The notes beneath the pieces are model-generated. The model searched no databases. It was not told where the DNA came from and saw only the letters and a program-made list of their open reading frames with translations. DNA of 58,117 bases from Betaproteobacteria bacterium (GTDB taxonomy: Bacteria; Pseudomonadota; Gammaproteobacteria; Burkholderiales; SG8-39): assembly GCA_031391405.1 (NCBI GenBank), contig JANMUI010000945.1, positions 1 through 58,117 of the forward strand, written 5' to 3'. The number at the start of each line of letters is the position of its first letter. Position 1 is the stretch's first letter. Position numbers and translations under genes: made by a program. Below are positions 11,440 through 20,326 of this stretch, piece by piece.

Positions 11440-12975
11440 CTACCGGCTCACGATCACCCGTTTCGCGTCGCGTGCGACGATCCGCATCGGCAGGCGCTCG
11501 CGTTCGAGCTGATCGTACCGTGCGTGCGTCATGGTGGCGAAGCCGTCGGCGCGCGCACGCCACAGGGCTGCGAATGCATCGACCGATTCGATGAATTTTC
11601 CGGGATCCGCGGCAATGCCTTCACCGAGCTCGCTGCGATGCGCGACCATGATGACCGGCCGCCCAAGATAGAACGGGACGCTGTGATCGAAGGTGTCCAC
11701 GCTGTAGAAGGGAATGGCATCGGTCTGCTGTGGGGCGTCGCCGAATGCGGACCGGACGATCTGCCGCGATGAGCGGATCTCGTCGATGGTATGGATGCCG
11801 GCAGAGGCCAGAAGCACTGCGACGGGCGTCGACAGACCGAGCACGATGCAGGCAATGGTCGCGTCGCCCCGTCGCGCAATGAGCGCGGCGCCGATGCCTC
11901 CGCCGATCGAAGCGGCAAAGGCAGCGTACAGCCAGACCATGCTCCGTTCGATCAGTGCTGCATCGGCGGGCGATGCGCGTCCCACCAGCACGACTCCGAC
12001 CAGCGCTAGCACACCGCTTGCCGCCAACGACCACACTGCTGCGCGGAAAATGATCCGGGCATCGAAATTGGCGATCTGCCGTGCCGCCAACAAAGCCAAC
12101 GGCGGGAGGATCGGCAGAATATAGGCGGGCAGCTTCGAGCGCGATACGCTGAAGAAGACGAACACCGTCGCCACCCATACGAGCAGGAGCAGGTCGATGT
12201 TGAACGCCGGACGCGCGGGAGCGGCGCGCTTCCGGATCGCGGTCAGCACGCTTCGCCACGTCGCACGGAGCACGATCGGCGTCCACGGCAAGGTACCGAT
12301 CACGAGAATCGGGATGAAGTACCACCAGGGACCTGGCCGCCGGTGCTCGGGCAGCGTGAAGCGCTCGAAGTGCTCGCGAACGAAGAAGAAGTGCAGGAAT
12401 TCGGGATTGCGATCCTGCACGAACGCGAACCATGGCGCTGCAATCGCGAGGAACACGATCGCGCCCGGCAGGATGGCAAGTCGACCGATGAGGCGGAAGT
12501 CCCGGGCGATCACGATGTACAGGCCGATCGCAAGCCCTGGGAGCACAATGCCGACGAGGCCCTTGCTGAGCATTGCCGCCGCCAATCCCGCCCATACGAG
12601 CAGCATCCAGCGCGTACGCGATTGTGCGGATGTCGCCTCATGCTGCGCTATAACGAAGAACGCAAGAGCGCAGGTGAAGAAGAAGCAGAGGCCCATGTCG
12701 AGCGTCAGATACTGACCCGCCATGAAGTACGCGAGGCTAGTTGCCACGATGAAGCCCGCGAGCAACCCGACCTGCAGTCCCGCCGTGCGCGCGCCGGCCC
12801 AGGCGATTACCAGTGCGCCGAGAAATCCGGTGAGCGCGGGCCAGAGGCGCGCCGACCATTCGCTCTCACCGAACACCACGAAGGCGATTGCTGTCGCCCA
12901 GTATTGCAGCGGCGGTTTCTCGAAGTATTTGAAGCCGTTCAGGCGCGGCGTGACCCAGTCGCCGGTGGCCACCAT
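11440..12975 (-). CDS. ArnT/PMT-like GT39 (GT-C) lipid/protein glycosyltransferase. Only the ATG-bounded part is given; the conserved N-terminus continues in frame upstream to 13167 with no ATG/GTG/TTG.
   Basis: GDWVTPRLNGFKYFEKPPLQYW plus about 11 hydrophobic segments. The in-frame upstream codons read ...KIDRSQWIAVSLLLFVAWFGFLALRGLFAPDEGRYAQIPQAM, i.e. TM1 and the DExRYA loop of the family. Confidence 0.8.
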   Translation of the reverse strand: MVATGDWVTPRLNGFKYFEKPPLQYWATAIAFVVFGESEWSARLWPALTGFLGALVIAWAGARTAGLQVGLLAGFIVATSLAYFMAGQYLTLDMGLCFFFTCALAFFVIAQHEATSAQSRTRWMLLVWAGLAAAMLSKGLVGIVLPGLAIGLYIVIARDFRLIGRLAILPGAIVFLAIAAPWFAFVQDRNPEFLHFFFVREHFERFTLPEHRRPGPWWYFIPILVIGTLPWTPIVLRATWRSVLTAIRKRAAPARPAFNIDLLLLVWVATVFVFFSVSRSKLPAYILPILPPLALLAARQIANFDARIIFRAAVWSLAASGVLALVGVVLVGRASPADAALIERSMVWLYAAFAASIGGGIGAALIARRGDATIACIVLGLSTPVAVLLASAGIHTIDEIRSSRQIVRSAFGDAPQQTDAIPFYSVDTFDHSVPFYLGRPVIMVAHRSELGEGIAADPGKFIESVDAFAALWRARADGFATMTHARYDQLERERLPMRIVARDAKRVIVSR

Positions 12976-13167
12976 CGCCTGTGGGATTTGCGCATAGCGA
13001 CCTTCGTCAGGCGCAAAGAGCCCACGGAGCGCGAGGAAACCGAACCACGCGACGAACAGCAGCAGGGAGACCGCAATCCATTGCGAGCGGTCGATCTTGA
13101 GGGTCGAGGCGATCGTCGTGATTTCCGGCGAGGTTGGTAAGACGCGAAGCGGGTACGAGGCAGGAAC

Positions 13168-13362
13168 CTATGCGGCTTTCTTGGTAGCCAGAAGGTGCCG
13201 TTTTTCGTTGCACCAAGCCATCCAAGCGTACCACGCACCGGTGCAGAAAAAGGCGGTCGCGAAGAGGGTCATGGCAAGCGGGCTGGCGTTGTCGGCGGTC
13301 GTGGTCTGGGCGCTGACGGCCGTGGCGACCAGCAAGGGGAGTGGCGCGGCAATTCGATGCAT
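13168..13362 (-). CDS. small (64 aa) exported protein with a C-terminal hydrophobic anchor and basic tail; hypothetical
   Basis: MHRIAAPLPLLVATAVSAQT (signal-like), then ...SPLAMTLFATAFFCTGAWYAWMAWCNEKRHLLATKKAA. GC-rich third positions suggest coding. Its TAG stop (13168-13170) is in the same frame as the ArnT-like gene. Confidence 0.4.
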   Translation of the reverse strand: MHRIAAPLPLLVATAVSAQTTTADNASPLAMTLFATAFFCTGAWYAWMAWCNEKRHLLATKKAA

Positions 13363-13488
13363 GGTTCAGTTCGTTGTTGGATTGACCGAGCCCGATGCCC
13401 GGTACCGCTGGCAAGCATCGCTCGCAATGCGCTAACGCGCTGAAAGTCGCTGGCCGCTGCGGATCCGTTGAACTTGGCTTAACCCTGC

Positions 13489-13521
13489 GCGTTCATCCTT
13501 CGACAGGCTCAGGACGAACGG
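13489..13521. repeat. single inverted Family B unit
   Basis: GCGTTCATCCTTCGACAGGCTCAGGACGAACGG is the reverse complement of the 36-bp unit. It lies 37 nt before the direct array. Confidence 0.7.
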
Positions 13522-13558
13522 GCAGGGACCGATCTGGTACGCAGCAAACCAAGCCCTT

Positions 13559-13734
13559 CGTTCGCCCTGAGGCAGTCGAAAGGTGAGCGCCCTCTGTTCG
13601 CCCTGAGCTTGTCGAAAGGTGAGCGTCCTCCGTTCGCCCTGAGCCTGTCGAAGGGTGAGCGTCCTCCGTTCGCCCTGAGCCTGTGGAAGGGTGAGCGTCC
13701 TCTGTTCGCCCTGAGCCTGTCGAAGGGTGAGCGC
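13559..13734. repeat. tandem array of the 36-bp Family B unit (CGTTCGCCCTGAGCCTGTCGAAGGGTGAGCGTCCTC), about 4.9 copies, no spacers
   Basis: Units at 13559, 13595, 13631, 13667 and 13703 (last truncated), with 1-4 substitutions per unit. Because the period is a multiple of 3, several track ORFs run through it (e.g. 13609..13824, 13432..13998). Confidence 0.9.
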
Positions 13735-13820
13735 AGGAAAATCCGTCGATCGCACCTGCACACCGGCATCGATTGCCAGGGTGCCATAATCCGCCTCGGA
13801 TCCAATTTTGGGAGCGGGAC

Positions 13821-14783
13821 ATGACTGTGTTGGTGATCGGTGCGGGGTTAGTGGGTTCGCAGATCGCTCGAATTCTGGTCGAACAAGGCGAGCGGCCGGT
13901 GCTGATGGATCGCGCGCCGCAGCCGAAGGCGCTCGGCGAAATCGTCGACTTATCCAAGGTGAAGATCGTCGAGGGCGATGTGTTGCAGCCATTTTCATTG
14001 CCGCAGATCATTCGTGCGGAAGGCATCAAGCGGATCATTCATATGGCCGCGAACCCTATGCTCACGATCGGTGCGCAGAAGGATCCCTATGCGGCGATCC
14101 AGCTCAACATCATGGGAACCGCGAACGTGCTCGAAACCGCGCGGCTGCTCGGGGTCGAGCGTGTGGTCGTGGCGAGTAGCAATGTGCTGAATCATCATGT
14201 CGCGGGTGGCGAGGGCGGCGGCGACTCGATGCACGAGGAAGGTTTTCCACGTCCGATCTCCATCTACTCGTCCTGCAAGCAGGCGGTCGAGAACATCGGC
14301 CTCAACTATGCGCGCTGGTACGGACTCGGGTTCGCTGCGATGCGTTACGGCGCAGTGGCCGGTCCCTGGGGCGGCGCGGGCGGCGGCGGACCGAGCAACG
14401 TATTTCTCGCGATGATCCGTGCCGCGATGCAAGGTGAAGAAGCCGTCATTCCCGCCTCGGTCATCGAGTGGGTCTACTCGAAGGACGCGGCACGCGGGAC
14501 GGTTCTCGCATTGCAAGTGCCCGAGCTCAAGCGCCGCGTGTTCAATCTGACAATGGGCAATTTGACCAGTCCCGAAGCGCTGTCCGCGGCGTTGAAGACC
14601 GTGGTGCCCGGCGCGAAAGTTCGGATCGAGACGCCTTCCACCGCAACACCCGCGATGCAGGGCATGACGAAGTTTTCGAATCTGTCCGCTGCCAAGGAGG
14701 TGCTCGGATTCGCGCCGCAGTTCCAGATCATCGATGCGGTGCGCGACATGGTCGCATGGTACAAGAGCGGAGCGAGGGCATAA
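13821..14783 (+). CDS. NAD-dependent epimerase/dehydratase (extended SDR)
   Basis: Track ORF 13773..14783, trimmed to ATG 13821 (MTVLVIGAGLVGSQIARIL is the Rossmann GxGxxG). Catalytic YSSCK is present. Confidence 0.85.
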   Translation: MTVLVIGAGLVGSQIARILVEQGERPVLMDRAPQPKALGEIVDLSKVKIVEGDVLQPFSLPQIIRAEGIKRIIHMAANPMLTIGAQKDPYAAIQLNIMGTANVLETARLLGVERVVVASSNVLNHHVAGGEGGGDSMHEEGFPRPISIYSSCKQAVENIGLNYARWYGLGFAAMRYGAVAGPWGGAGGGGPSNVFLAMIRAAMQGEEAVIPASVIEWVYSKDAARGTVLALQVPELKRRVFNLTMGNLTSPEALSAALKTVVPGAKVRIETPSTATPAMQGMTKFSNLSAAKEVLGFAPQFQIIDAVRDMVAWYKSGARA

Positions 14784-14800
14784 CACGGGAAGGCTGTCTC

Positions 14801-16231
14801 GTGGATCCCACTGATGGTTTGAGGGCAGCGGCTGCGTACCTTCGCGGCCGCGTTCCCTACTGGTCCGTACGCTGGCAGGAACAGACCACCGAGCGCCTTG
14901 ACGTTCACAACGACGTTGTCCAACCACCGAGCCGGTCGGTTGATCGTGGGGCAATGGTCACCGCCGTCATCGACGGTGGATATGGCTACGCGGCGTCGAG
15001 CGACTGCTCGCAATCCGGACTGCAAGCCGCCCTCGATCGCGCCGGCGAATGGGCACACGCGACGCGGGGACTCTGCGTGCAAGGCGTCGAGCCCGCCATG
15101 TTCGATCGCGATCCGGTGCGGGCGGTCGTTCCGGCTGTGCGCGGCATCGATTTCTCACGCAAGGACCTGCTCGATCGCATGCGCGAAGAATGCGCGGGTG
15201 CTCGCATCGACGATCGGATTACCGACCGGCTGGTGAGCATTGAGCTGCGTCGCGTTCGCACCCTTTTCTTGTCGAGTGCAGGCGCCGACATCGAGCAGCA
15301 TTTCAATTTCGTATTGCCGTACGCCCATGTCATCGCGAGCGAGGGCGGTGCATCGCAGTCCCGCAGCTTTGAACAATACCAGCAAGGTGGAATGGAAACG
15401 CTCGAGCGGGTCGGCATGCGCGGTCGTGCTCGAATGCTTGCCGATGAAGTCCTGCAATTGCTCGCCGCGCCGAATTGCCCGGCCGGCTCGACGAATCTGC
15501 TCCTCATGCCGGACCAGATGATGCTGCAGATCCATGAATCGATCGGCCATCCGCTCGAGCTCGATCGCATTCTGGGTGATGAGCGCAATTACGCGGGCAC
15601 GAGCTTCGTGACCCCTGCGATGTTCGGCAGCTACCAGTACGGTTCGCCGCTTCTGAATGTCACCTACGACCCGACCGATCCGATCGAGCTGGCGAGCTTC
15701 GCCTTCGATGATGACGGCACGCGCGCGGAAAAAGTGACATTGATCCGCGCGGGCATCTTGCAGCAACCGCTGGGCGGACGCCTGTCCCAGCGTCGCGGCG
15801 GCATGCCGGGTGTGGCCAATGCGCGCGCATGCGGGTGGAACCGTCCGCCGATCGATCGCATGGCCAATCTCAATGTCGAGATGGGCGAGAGCACTTTGAA
15901 TGACATGATCGGCAGCATCGAGAATGGCGTTCTCATGCGCACGAACACCTCGTGGTCGATCGACGATTCGCGCAACAAATTCCAGTTCGGTTGCGAGTGG
16001 GGGCAGCAGATCGCAAATGGAAAATTGCAAGGTGTCGTGCGCAATCCGAATTATCGCGGCATCTCGGCGACCTTCTGGCGCAGCCTTGCAATGGTCGGTG
16101 ACCGCGACACGTATGAAGTCCATGGCACGTTGTACTGCGGGAAGGGCGAGCCGAATCAGGCGATCCACGTCGGGCATGCATCGCCTGCGTGCCTGTTCAG
16201 GAATGTGGACGTGTTCGGCGGGGCCGGTTGA
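14801..16231 (+). CDS. tldD: TldD-type zinc metallopeptidase (catalytic subunit)
   Basis: Track ORF 14468..16231 overlaps the epimerase, so it is trimmed to the in-frame GTG 14801 after GGGAAGG. HESIGHPLELD (HExxxH) and CGKGEPNQ motifs are present. Confidence 0.85.
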   Translation: MDPTDGLRAAAAYLRGRVPYWSVRWQEQTTERLDVHNDVVQPPSRSVDRGAMVTAVIDGGYGYAASSDCSQSGLQAALDRAGEWAHATRGLCVQGVEPAMFDRDPVRAVVPAVRGIDFSRKDLLDRMREECAGARIDDRITDRLVSIELRRVRTLFLSSAGADIEQHFNFVLPYAHVIASEGGASQSRSFEQYQQGGMETLERVGMRGRARMLADEVLQLLAAPNCPAGSTNLLLMPDQMMLQIHESIGHPLELDRILGDERNYAGTSFVTPAMFGSYQYGSPLLNVTYDPTDPIELASFAFDDDGTRAEKVTLIRAGILQQPLGGRLSQRRGGMPGVANARACGWNRPPIDRMANLNVEMGESTLNDMIGSIENGVLMRTNTSWSIDDSRNKFQFGCEWGQQIANGKLQGVVRNPNYRGISATFWRSLAMVGDRDTYEVHGTLYCGKGEPNQAIHVGHASPACLFRNVDVFGGAG

Positions 16232-17574
16232 TGGAGGCAGGGCGCGACGGGCATGCGGTAGAGGCGTGGTTCAACGCGCTCGCCGACGAAACGACACGGA
16301 TCGCGCGGGGCGGCGAAGTGGTACTGGTCTCGATCAGCGCGGAACATTCCGACTTCGTCCGCTTTAATCAAGGCAAGGTCCGCCAGCCCGGGAGCGTCAC
16401 GCAGCGGGGAGCGCAGGTTCGATTGATCGATCGCGATCGGCAGGCGATCGTGCATATCGAATTGCAAGGCGGGAATGACGACTGCACGCAACTTCGATTG
16501 GCGGCCGACGATGCGCGCGGACTCCTGATCGATTTGCCACCCGATCCGCATATCCTGTATTCGACGACGGTGCAATCGAGCGCTTCGTATCGACCCGGTA
16601 AGCGACCCGATTCGACGCACATCGTTGCGAGCATCGTCAGAGAGTCAGTCGATCTCGATCTGGTCGGCATCTACAGCGCCGGCACCATCCATCGAGGCTT
16701 TGCGAATTCTCTTGGCCAACGCAATTGGCATGCGGTGGAGACGTTCAATTTCGATTGGAGCCTGCACGACCGCGTCGACAAGGCGGTGAAAGCTAGTTAC
16801 GCCGGATTCGATTGGGCGCCGCACGCCTTCCGGACGAAACTGCGCGAATCGTCGGAGCAACTAACGCTGATGAAGCGGCCTTCGCGGCAAATCGCCCCCG
16901 GCGAATACCGGGCGTATCTTGCTCCGCAAGCGGTCGACGAAGTAATGGGGCTGCTCGGTTGGGGCGGGTTCTCGGCGCACTCGATGCAAACGAAATGGAG
17001 CCCGCTCCTCAGAATGGCGCACGGTGAGCATTGGTCGGAGCGGGTGACTGTCGTCGAAAACACGATTGACGGCTCCGCGCCGGCGTTTCAAGACGAGGGC
17101 TTCGCGAAGCCCGATCGCGTGCCGCTCGTATCGCAAGGCAAGCTCGATTCGCTATTGGTGGCGCCGCGCACCGCGATGGAATTCAATCTCGTCGCAAACG
17201 GTGCGGGCCCGAGCGAGAAGCCGGCGTCGCTCGACCTGCGCGCCGGAACGCTCGCGATGAAAGACGTACTTGCGCTGCTCGACACCGGGATCTATATCAA
17301 CAACCTCTGGTACCTCAACTACTCGGATCGTTCGGCGGGGCGCATGACCGGCATGACGCGCTTTGCGTGCTTCTGGGTCGAGCACGGCCGCATCGTCGCT
17401 CCAATCGATGTGATGCGATTCGATGACACGCTCTTTCGCATGTTGGGCGAGAACCTTATCGATCTCACTAGCGAACGCGAGATGCTGCTGGATCCCTCGA
17501 CGTATGACGCACGATCCACATCGAGCTCGCGCGTGCCGGGTATCTTGTTGAAGGCCCTCCGCTTCACGCTTTGA
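16231..17574 (+). CDS. pmbA: PmbA/TldE-type TldD partner (no HExxxH)
   Basis: Track ORF 16189..17574, trimmed to ATG 16231, which overlaps the tldD TGA by 1 nt (TGATG). TldD/PmbA-family C-terminus ...SSSRVPGILLKALRFTL. I found no metal-binding HExxxH motif. Confidence 0.8.
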   Translation: MEAGRDGHAVEAWFNALADETTRIARGGEVVLVSISAEHSDFVRFNQGKVRQPGSVTQRGAQVRLIDRDRQAIVHIELQGGNDDCTQLRLAADDARGLLIDLPPDPHILYSTTVQSSASYRPGKRPDSTHIVASIVRESVDLDLVGIYSAGTIHRGFANSLGQRNWHAVETFNFDWSLHDRVDKAVKASYAGFDWAPHAFRTKLRESSEQLTLMKRPSRQIAPGEYRAYLAPQAVDEVMGLLGWGGFSAHSMQTKWSPLLRMAHGEHWSERVTVVENTIDGSAPAFQDEGFAKPDRVPLVSQGKLDSLLVAPRTAMEFNLVANGAGPSEKPASLDLRAGTLAMKDVLALLDTGIYINNLWYLNYSDRSAGRMTGMTRFACFWVEHGRIVAPIDVMRFDDTLFRMLGENLIDLTSEREMLLDPSTYDARSTSSSRVPGILLKALRFTL

Positions 17575-17694
17575 TCGGTTGTTCCGAGGTGTGATCGTGT
17601 TCGGGCGCAACCCGACGAACGGACTATGGATTCGAGGTAACGCCAGGGGTACGATGATGCGTACTCGCAATCAACACGGAACGACGAGGTAATC

Positions 17695-18777
17695 ATGCGA
17701 TACACGCCGCAATGCGGATGCCACGACCCGATCCATTGCATCATCCCGCCCTTCATTCTCGAAAAACTCTCGCAATCGGGCAACACCAAGGTTCGTGACA
17801 CCGCACTCGAGAATCTGCAGCTAGGCGCACGTATTCGCGCGCATCGCTCGGTCGTTTCGGTATTGCCCTCCGAGATCATCGGGTATGAAGCGGTGACCGG
17901 AACACCGAAAATGAATCGCAAGGTCTATGACCAGGGCAAGCGCAATCCGCCCGACCGGTTCTTGCCGGGAAAACTGGTGCGATCCGAGGGCGGACCCGCG
18001 TCGTCTGATGTTACGGTCAACGAGGCCTACAACTACGCGGGTTCCACCTGGCAACTCTACTTCAAGATCTTCGGGCGCAATTCGCTCGATGACAAAGGCA
18101 TGGCGCTGGTGCAAAGCGTGCATGCGGGCATCGGTTACGACAACGCGTTCTGGGATGGCCGTCAGATGGTGTACGGTGACGGCGACGGTGTCATCTTCAC
18201 CCGCTTCACGAAATCGCCCGACGTCGTGGGTCATGAGCTCACCCATGGGGTCGTTCAATTCACATCGCGGCTCGAGTACTACGGCGAAAGCGGTGCGTTG
18301 AACGAGCACTTCGCCGACGTGTTCGGATCACTCGTCAGGCAATACCGCAAGAAGCAGACCGCAAAGACCGCCGATTGGCTGATCGGGCGGGAAATCCTGA
18401 TTCCCGCGCCGACCCGAACGGCGCTTCGCAGCATGAAAGATCCGGGCACCGCCTATAAGAACGATCCGGACATCGGCAGTGACCCGCAGCCCAAGCACTA
18501 CAAGAATCGCTACAAGGGAACAGCCGATAGCGGCGGCGTCCATATCAATTCGGGGATCCCGAATCACGCCTTCTACCTCGCTGCGACCGCGGTCGGTGGC
18601 AGTGCTTGGCTGTCGGTGGGCAAGGTCTGGTACCAGGTGATGCTGAACCTCTCGCCCACCAGCAATTTCGCTGCCTGCGCGAAGCAATGCCGGCAAGTGT
18701 CGACGTCGATGGCACCGCAGCTTGGCCAGAAGGTGGCCGACGCGGTGGACGCCGCGTGGAAGGCAGTGGGTCTTTGA
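17695..18777 (+). CDS. thermolysin-family (M4) protealysin-like metalloprotease, no signal peptide
   Basis: N-terminal propeptide with a PPL-type motif (CIIPPFILEKL). HELTHGV zinc site. GALNEHFADVFGS carries the third ligand. GGVHINSGIPNHAFY is present. Confidence 0.85.
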   Translation: MRYTPQCGCHDPIHCIIPPFILEKLSQSGNTKVRDTALENLQLGARIRAHRSVVSVLPSEIIGYEAVTGTPKMNRKVYDQGKRNPPDRFLPGKLVRSEGGPASSDVTVNEAYNYAGSTWQLYFKIFGRNSLDDKGMALVQSVHAGIGYDNAFWDGRQMVYGDGDGVIFTRFTKSPDVVGHELTHGVVQFTSRLEYYGESGALNEHFADVFGSLVRQYRKKQTAKTADWLIGREILIPAPTRTALRSMKDPGTAYKNDPDIGSDPQPKHYKNRYKGTADSGGVHINSGIPNHAFYLAATAVGGSAWLSVGKVWYQVMLNLSPTSNFAACAKQCRQVSTSMAPQLGQKVADAVDAAWKAVGL

Positions 18778-18840
18778 GATTCGTCAGAATCAGCGCGATT
18801 GCTCCCTCATAGACTTGTCGTCGAGCGAGTAGTGAGGCAT

Positions 18841-19155
18841 ATGGGCGTGAAGATCAGATTTCTTCAGTCGGGCGGATTTGCAGGGTTGATTCGCGGCTGC
18901 GAAGTAAGCGCCGCAGATCTGCCGAAACGCGAGCAGAATGAATTGGAGCGCCTGCATGCGGCAGCCGGACTCGAGCGCCTCAGGCCCATCCGCGCGAAGG
19001 GCGCCGACCGCCAGCAATACGACATTACGATCGAGCAGGACGACGGATCGGTCGTCAATGTCAGCTTGGATGACAGTGCACTGACCGACGAGGTCGCGGC
19101 ATTGGTCGCCTTCCTGCGGGCGCGGTCGAAGCCGGTGTCAATCAAGTCGAAGTGA
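18841..19155 (+). CDS. emfourin-like protein inhibitor of protealysin-type proteases (about 104 aa)
   Basis: Track ORF 18799..19155, trimmed to ATG 18841 (MGVKIRFLQSGGFAGLIRGCEVS...). Assignment rests on small size, the SGGFAG motif and position 63 nt downstream of an M4 protealysin-like gene. Recalled from the family, not searched. Confidence 0.6.
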   Translation: MGVKIRFLQSGGFAGLIRGCEVSAADLPKREQNELERLHAAAGLERLRPIRAKGADRQQYDITIEQDDGSVVNVSLDDSALTDEVAALVAFLRARSKPVSIKSK

Positions 19156-19182
19156 AGTAGGAGCGGTTCGCCTGCCCTCGCG

Positions 19183-20049
19183 TTATCCCTCCCGCCCTGC
19201 AAGCTTCCTCCCCTTGTCGAGCGCAGCGTAACTTCGCACCGGTGCCGGCATCAGGAAGCGATAGCCTTCCTTCAGGATCTCCTCCACATTGTTGCCATCG
19301 ACATGCGGGTGGCCAACGGCCACTCGATGCTGCGTGCAGATGCGCACAACTTCGGCTTTGTGCTCCATGACTACCTTGTGTTCGTACTGGCGCGGAAAAC
19401 CGAGCTCCTGGCTGAGATCGCCTTCGCCGATCAGAATCACGCCGATCCCCGGCACGTTGCGTAGCATCGCATCGAGATTTGCGATGCCCTCGGTATCCTC
19501 GATCATCAGGATCACCAGTACCTCACCGCGAGGATTAAGCGGCCACACATCCGCACGGTCGTAATATTCCTGCTGGGTGAGGCCCCAATACCGAACAGCC
19601 TGGGTCGGGCCGTCACCGCGCGCACCGGGGGGTTCATAGAGCGGCGCATTCTTCAAGCGCGGGTAGCGGCACGCGGCCACGGCGTTTCTTGCCTGATCGA
19701 CCGTGCTGATGTGCGGCCACACGATGCCGTACACACCAAGATCGAGTGCCTGCTTGGCGAGCCATTGATTGTGCTCGCCACCATTCGGCGGGATGCGCAC
19801 CATCGGTGTCACGGCCGGCGCGACAGAGCCGCGCTGTGCGATCTGACGCCGGTTGAGCATGTATTGCAGGCAATCGCGCAGCGCGCGGGCGTCCCACGGA
19901 TTGTGCTCCATTTCGTAGACGACGCCGTCGTATCTGGAACCGCCGATCGCGATCGCGGATTCCACGTCGGCGGATGCGAACGTCACGAACGTCGGCTTGC
20001 CTTGTTCCAGCACGTTGATGACGCCGTTGAGGCGAGGCACTTCGCTCAT
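19183..20049 (-). CDS. HpcH/HpaI-family aldolase
   Basis: 288 aa with AGGAGG before the ATG. VVYEMEHNPWD..., ILMIEDTEGIANLD and IGEGDLSQELG fit the HpcH/HpaI (TIM-barrel, divalent-metal) aldolase pattern. Confidence 0.75.
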   Translation of the reverse strand: MSEVPRLNGVINVLEQGKPTFVTFASADVESAIAIGGSRYDGVVYEMEHNPWDARALRDCLQYMLNRRQIAQRGSVAPAVTPMVRIPPNGGEHNQWLAKQALDLGVYGIVWPHISTVDQARNAVAACRYPRLKNAPLYEPPGARGDGPTQAVRYWGLTQQEYYDRADVWPLNPRGEVLVILMIEDTEGIANLDAMLRNVPGIGVILIGEGDLSQELGFPRQYEHKVVMEHKAEVVRICTQHRVAVGHPHVDGNNVEEILKEGYRFLMPAPVRSYAALDKGRKLAGREG

Positions 20050-20326
20050 CGTGATTCCTCCTGATCGATTGCAATGGGTATGAATGACCGCGGTACTGGC
20101 TGGATTGTGGCCGATGCGCGTGCGGTGTCAACCGCGGAACCACGGACTGCCGACCCCTCGGGCTGGGGTTCCCAAGTCGATCGATGCGCCACCAGCGTAA
20201 GAAGGGGCACCAGCGTCACCAGGGACCCGCCATCCCGCGGGTGCTGGTGCGTCAATCGGTGTTGTCTTTTTTCGACAGCCGGTTAGTATTCACCGGCGAC
20301 TTATCTCAACCAACACTGGGAAAGCC

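Noticed and set aside
13559-13734. Possible CRISPR array (regular 36-bp repeats)
   Set aside because: The units are head-to-tail with no unique spacers, no cas genes are nearby, and the unit also occurs singly and inverted at 10637 and 13489. It is a tandem or dispersed repeat, not a CRISPR.
17654-17692. 12-codon uORF (MMRTRNQHGTTR) in the protealysin leader, considered as a leader peptide or TldD/E substrate
   Set aside because: It is very short, has no convincing RBS, and its stop overlaps the protealysin RBS by chance-level geometry. There is no evidence beyond an open frame.
20262-20289. Sigma-70-like promoter (TTGTCT-16 nt-TAGTAT) for the HExxH gene
   Set aside because: It is plausible by eye but is a single weak match in a high-GC background. 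It is not listed as a feature without transcript data.
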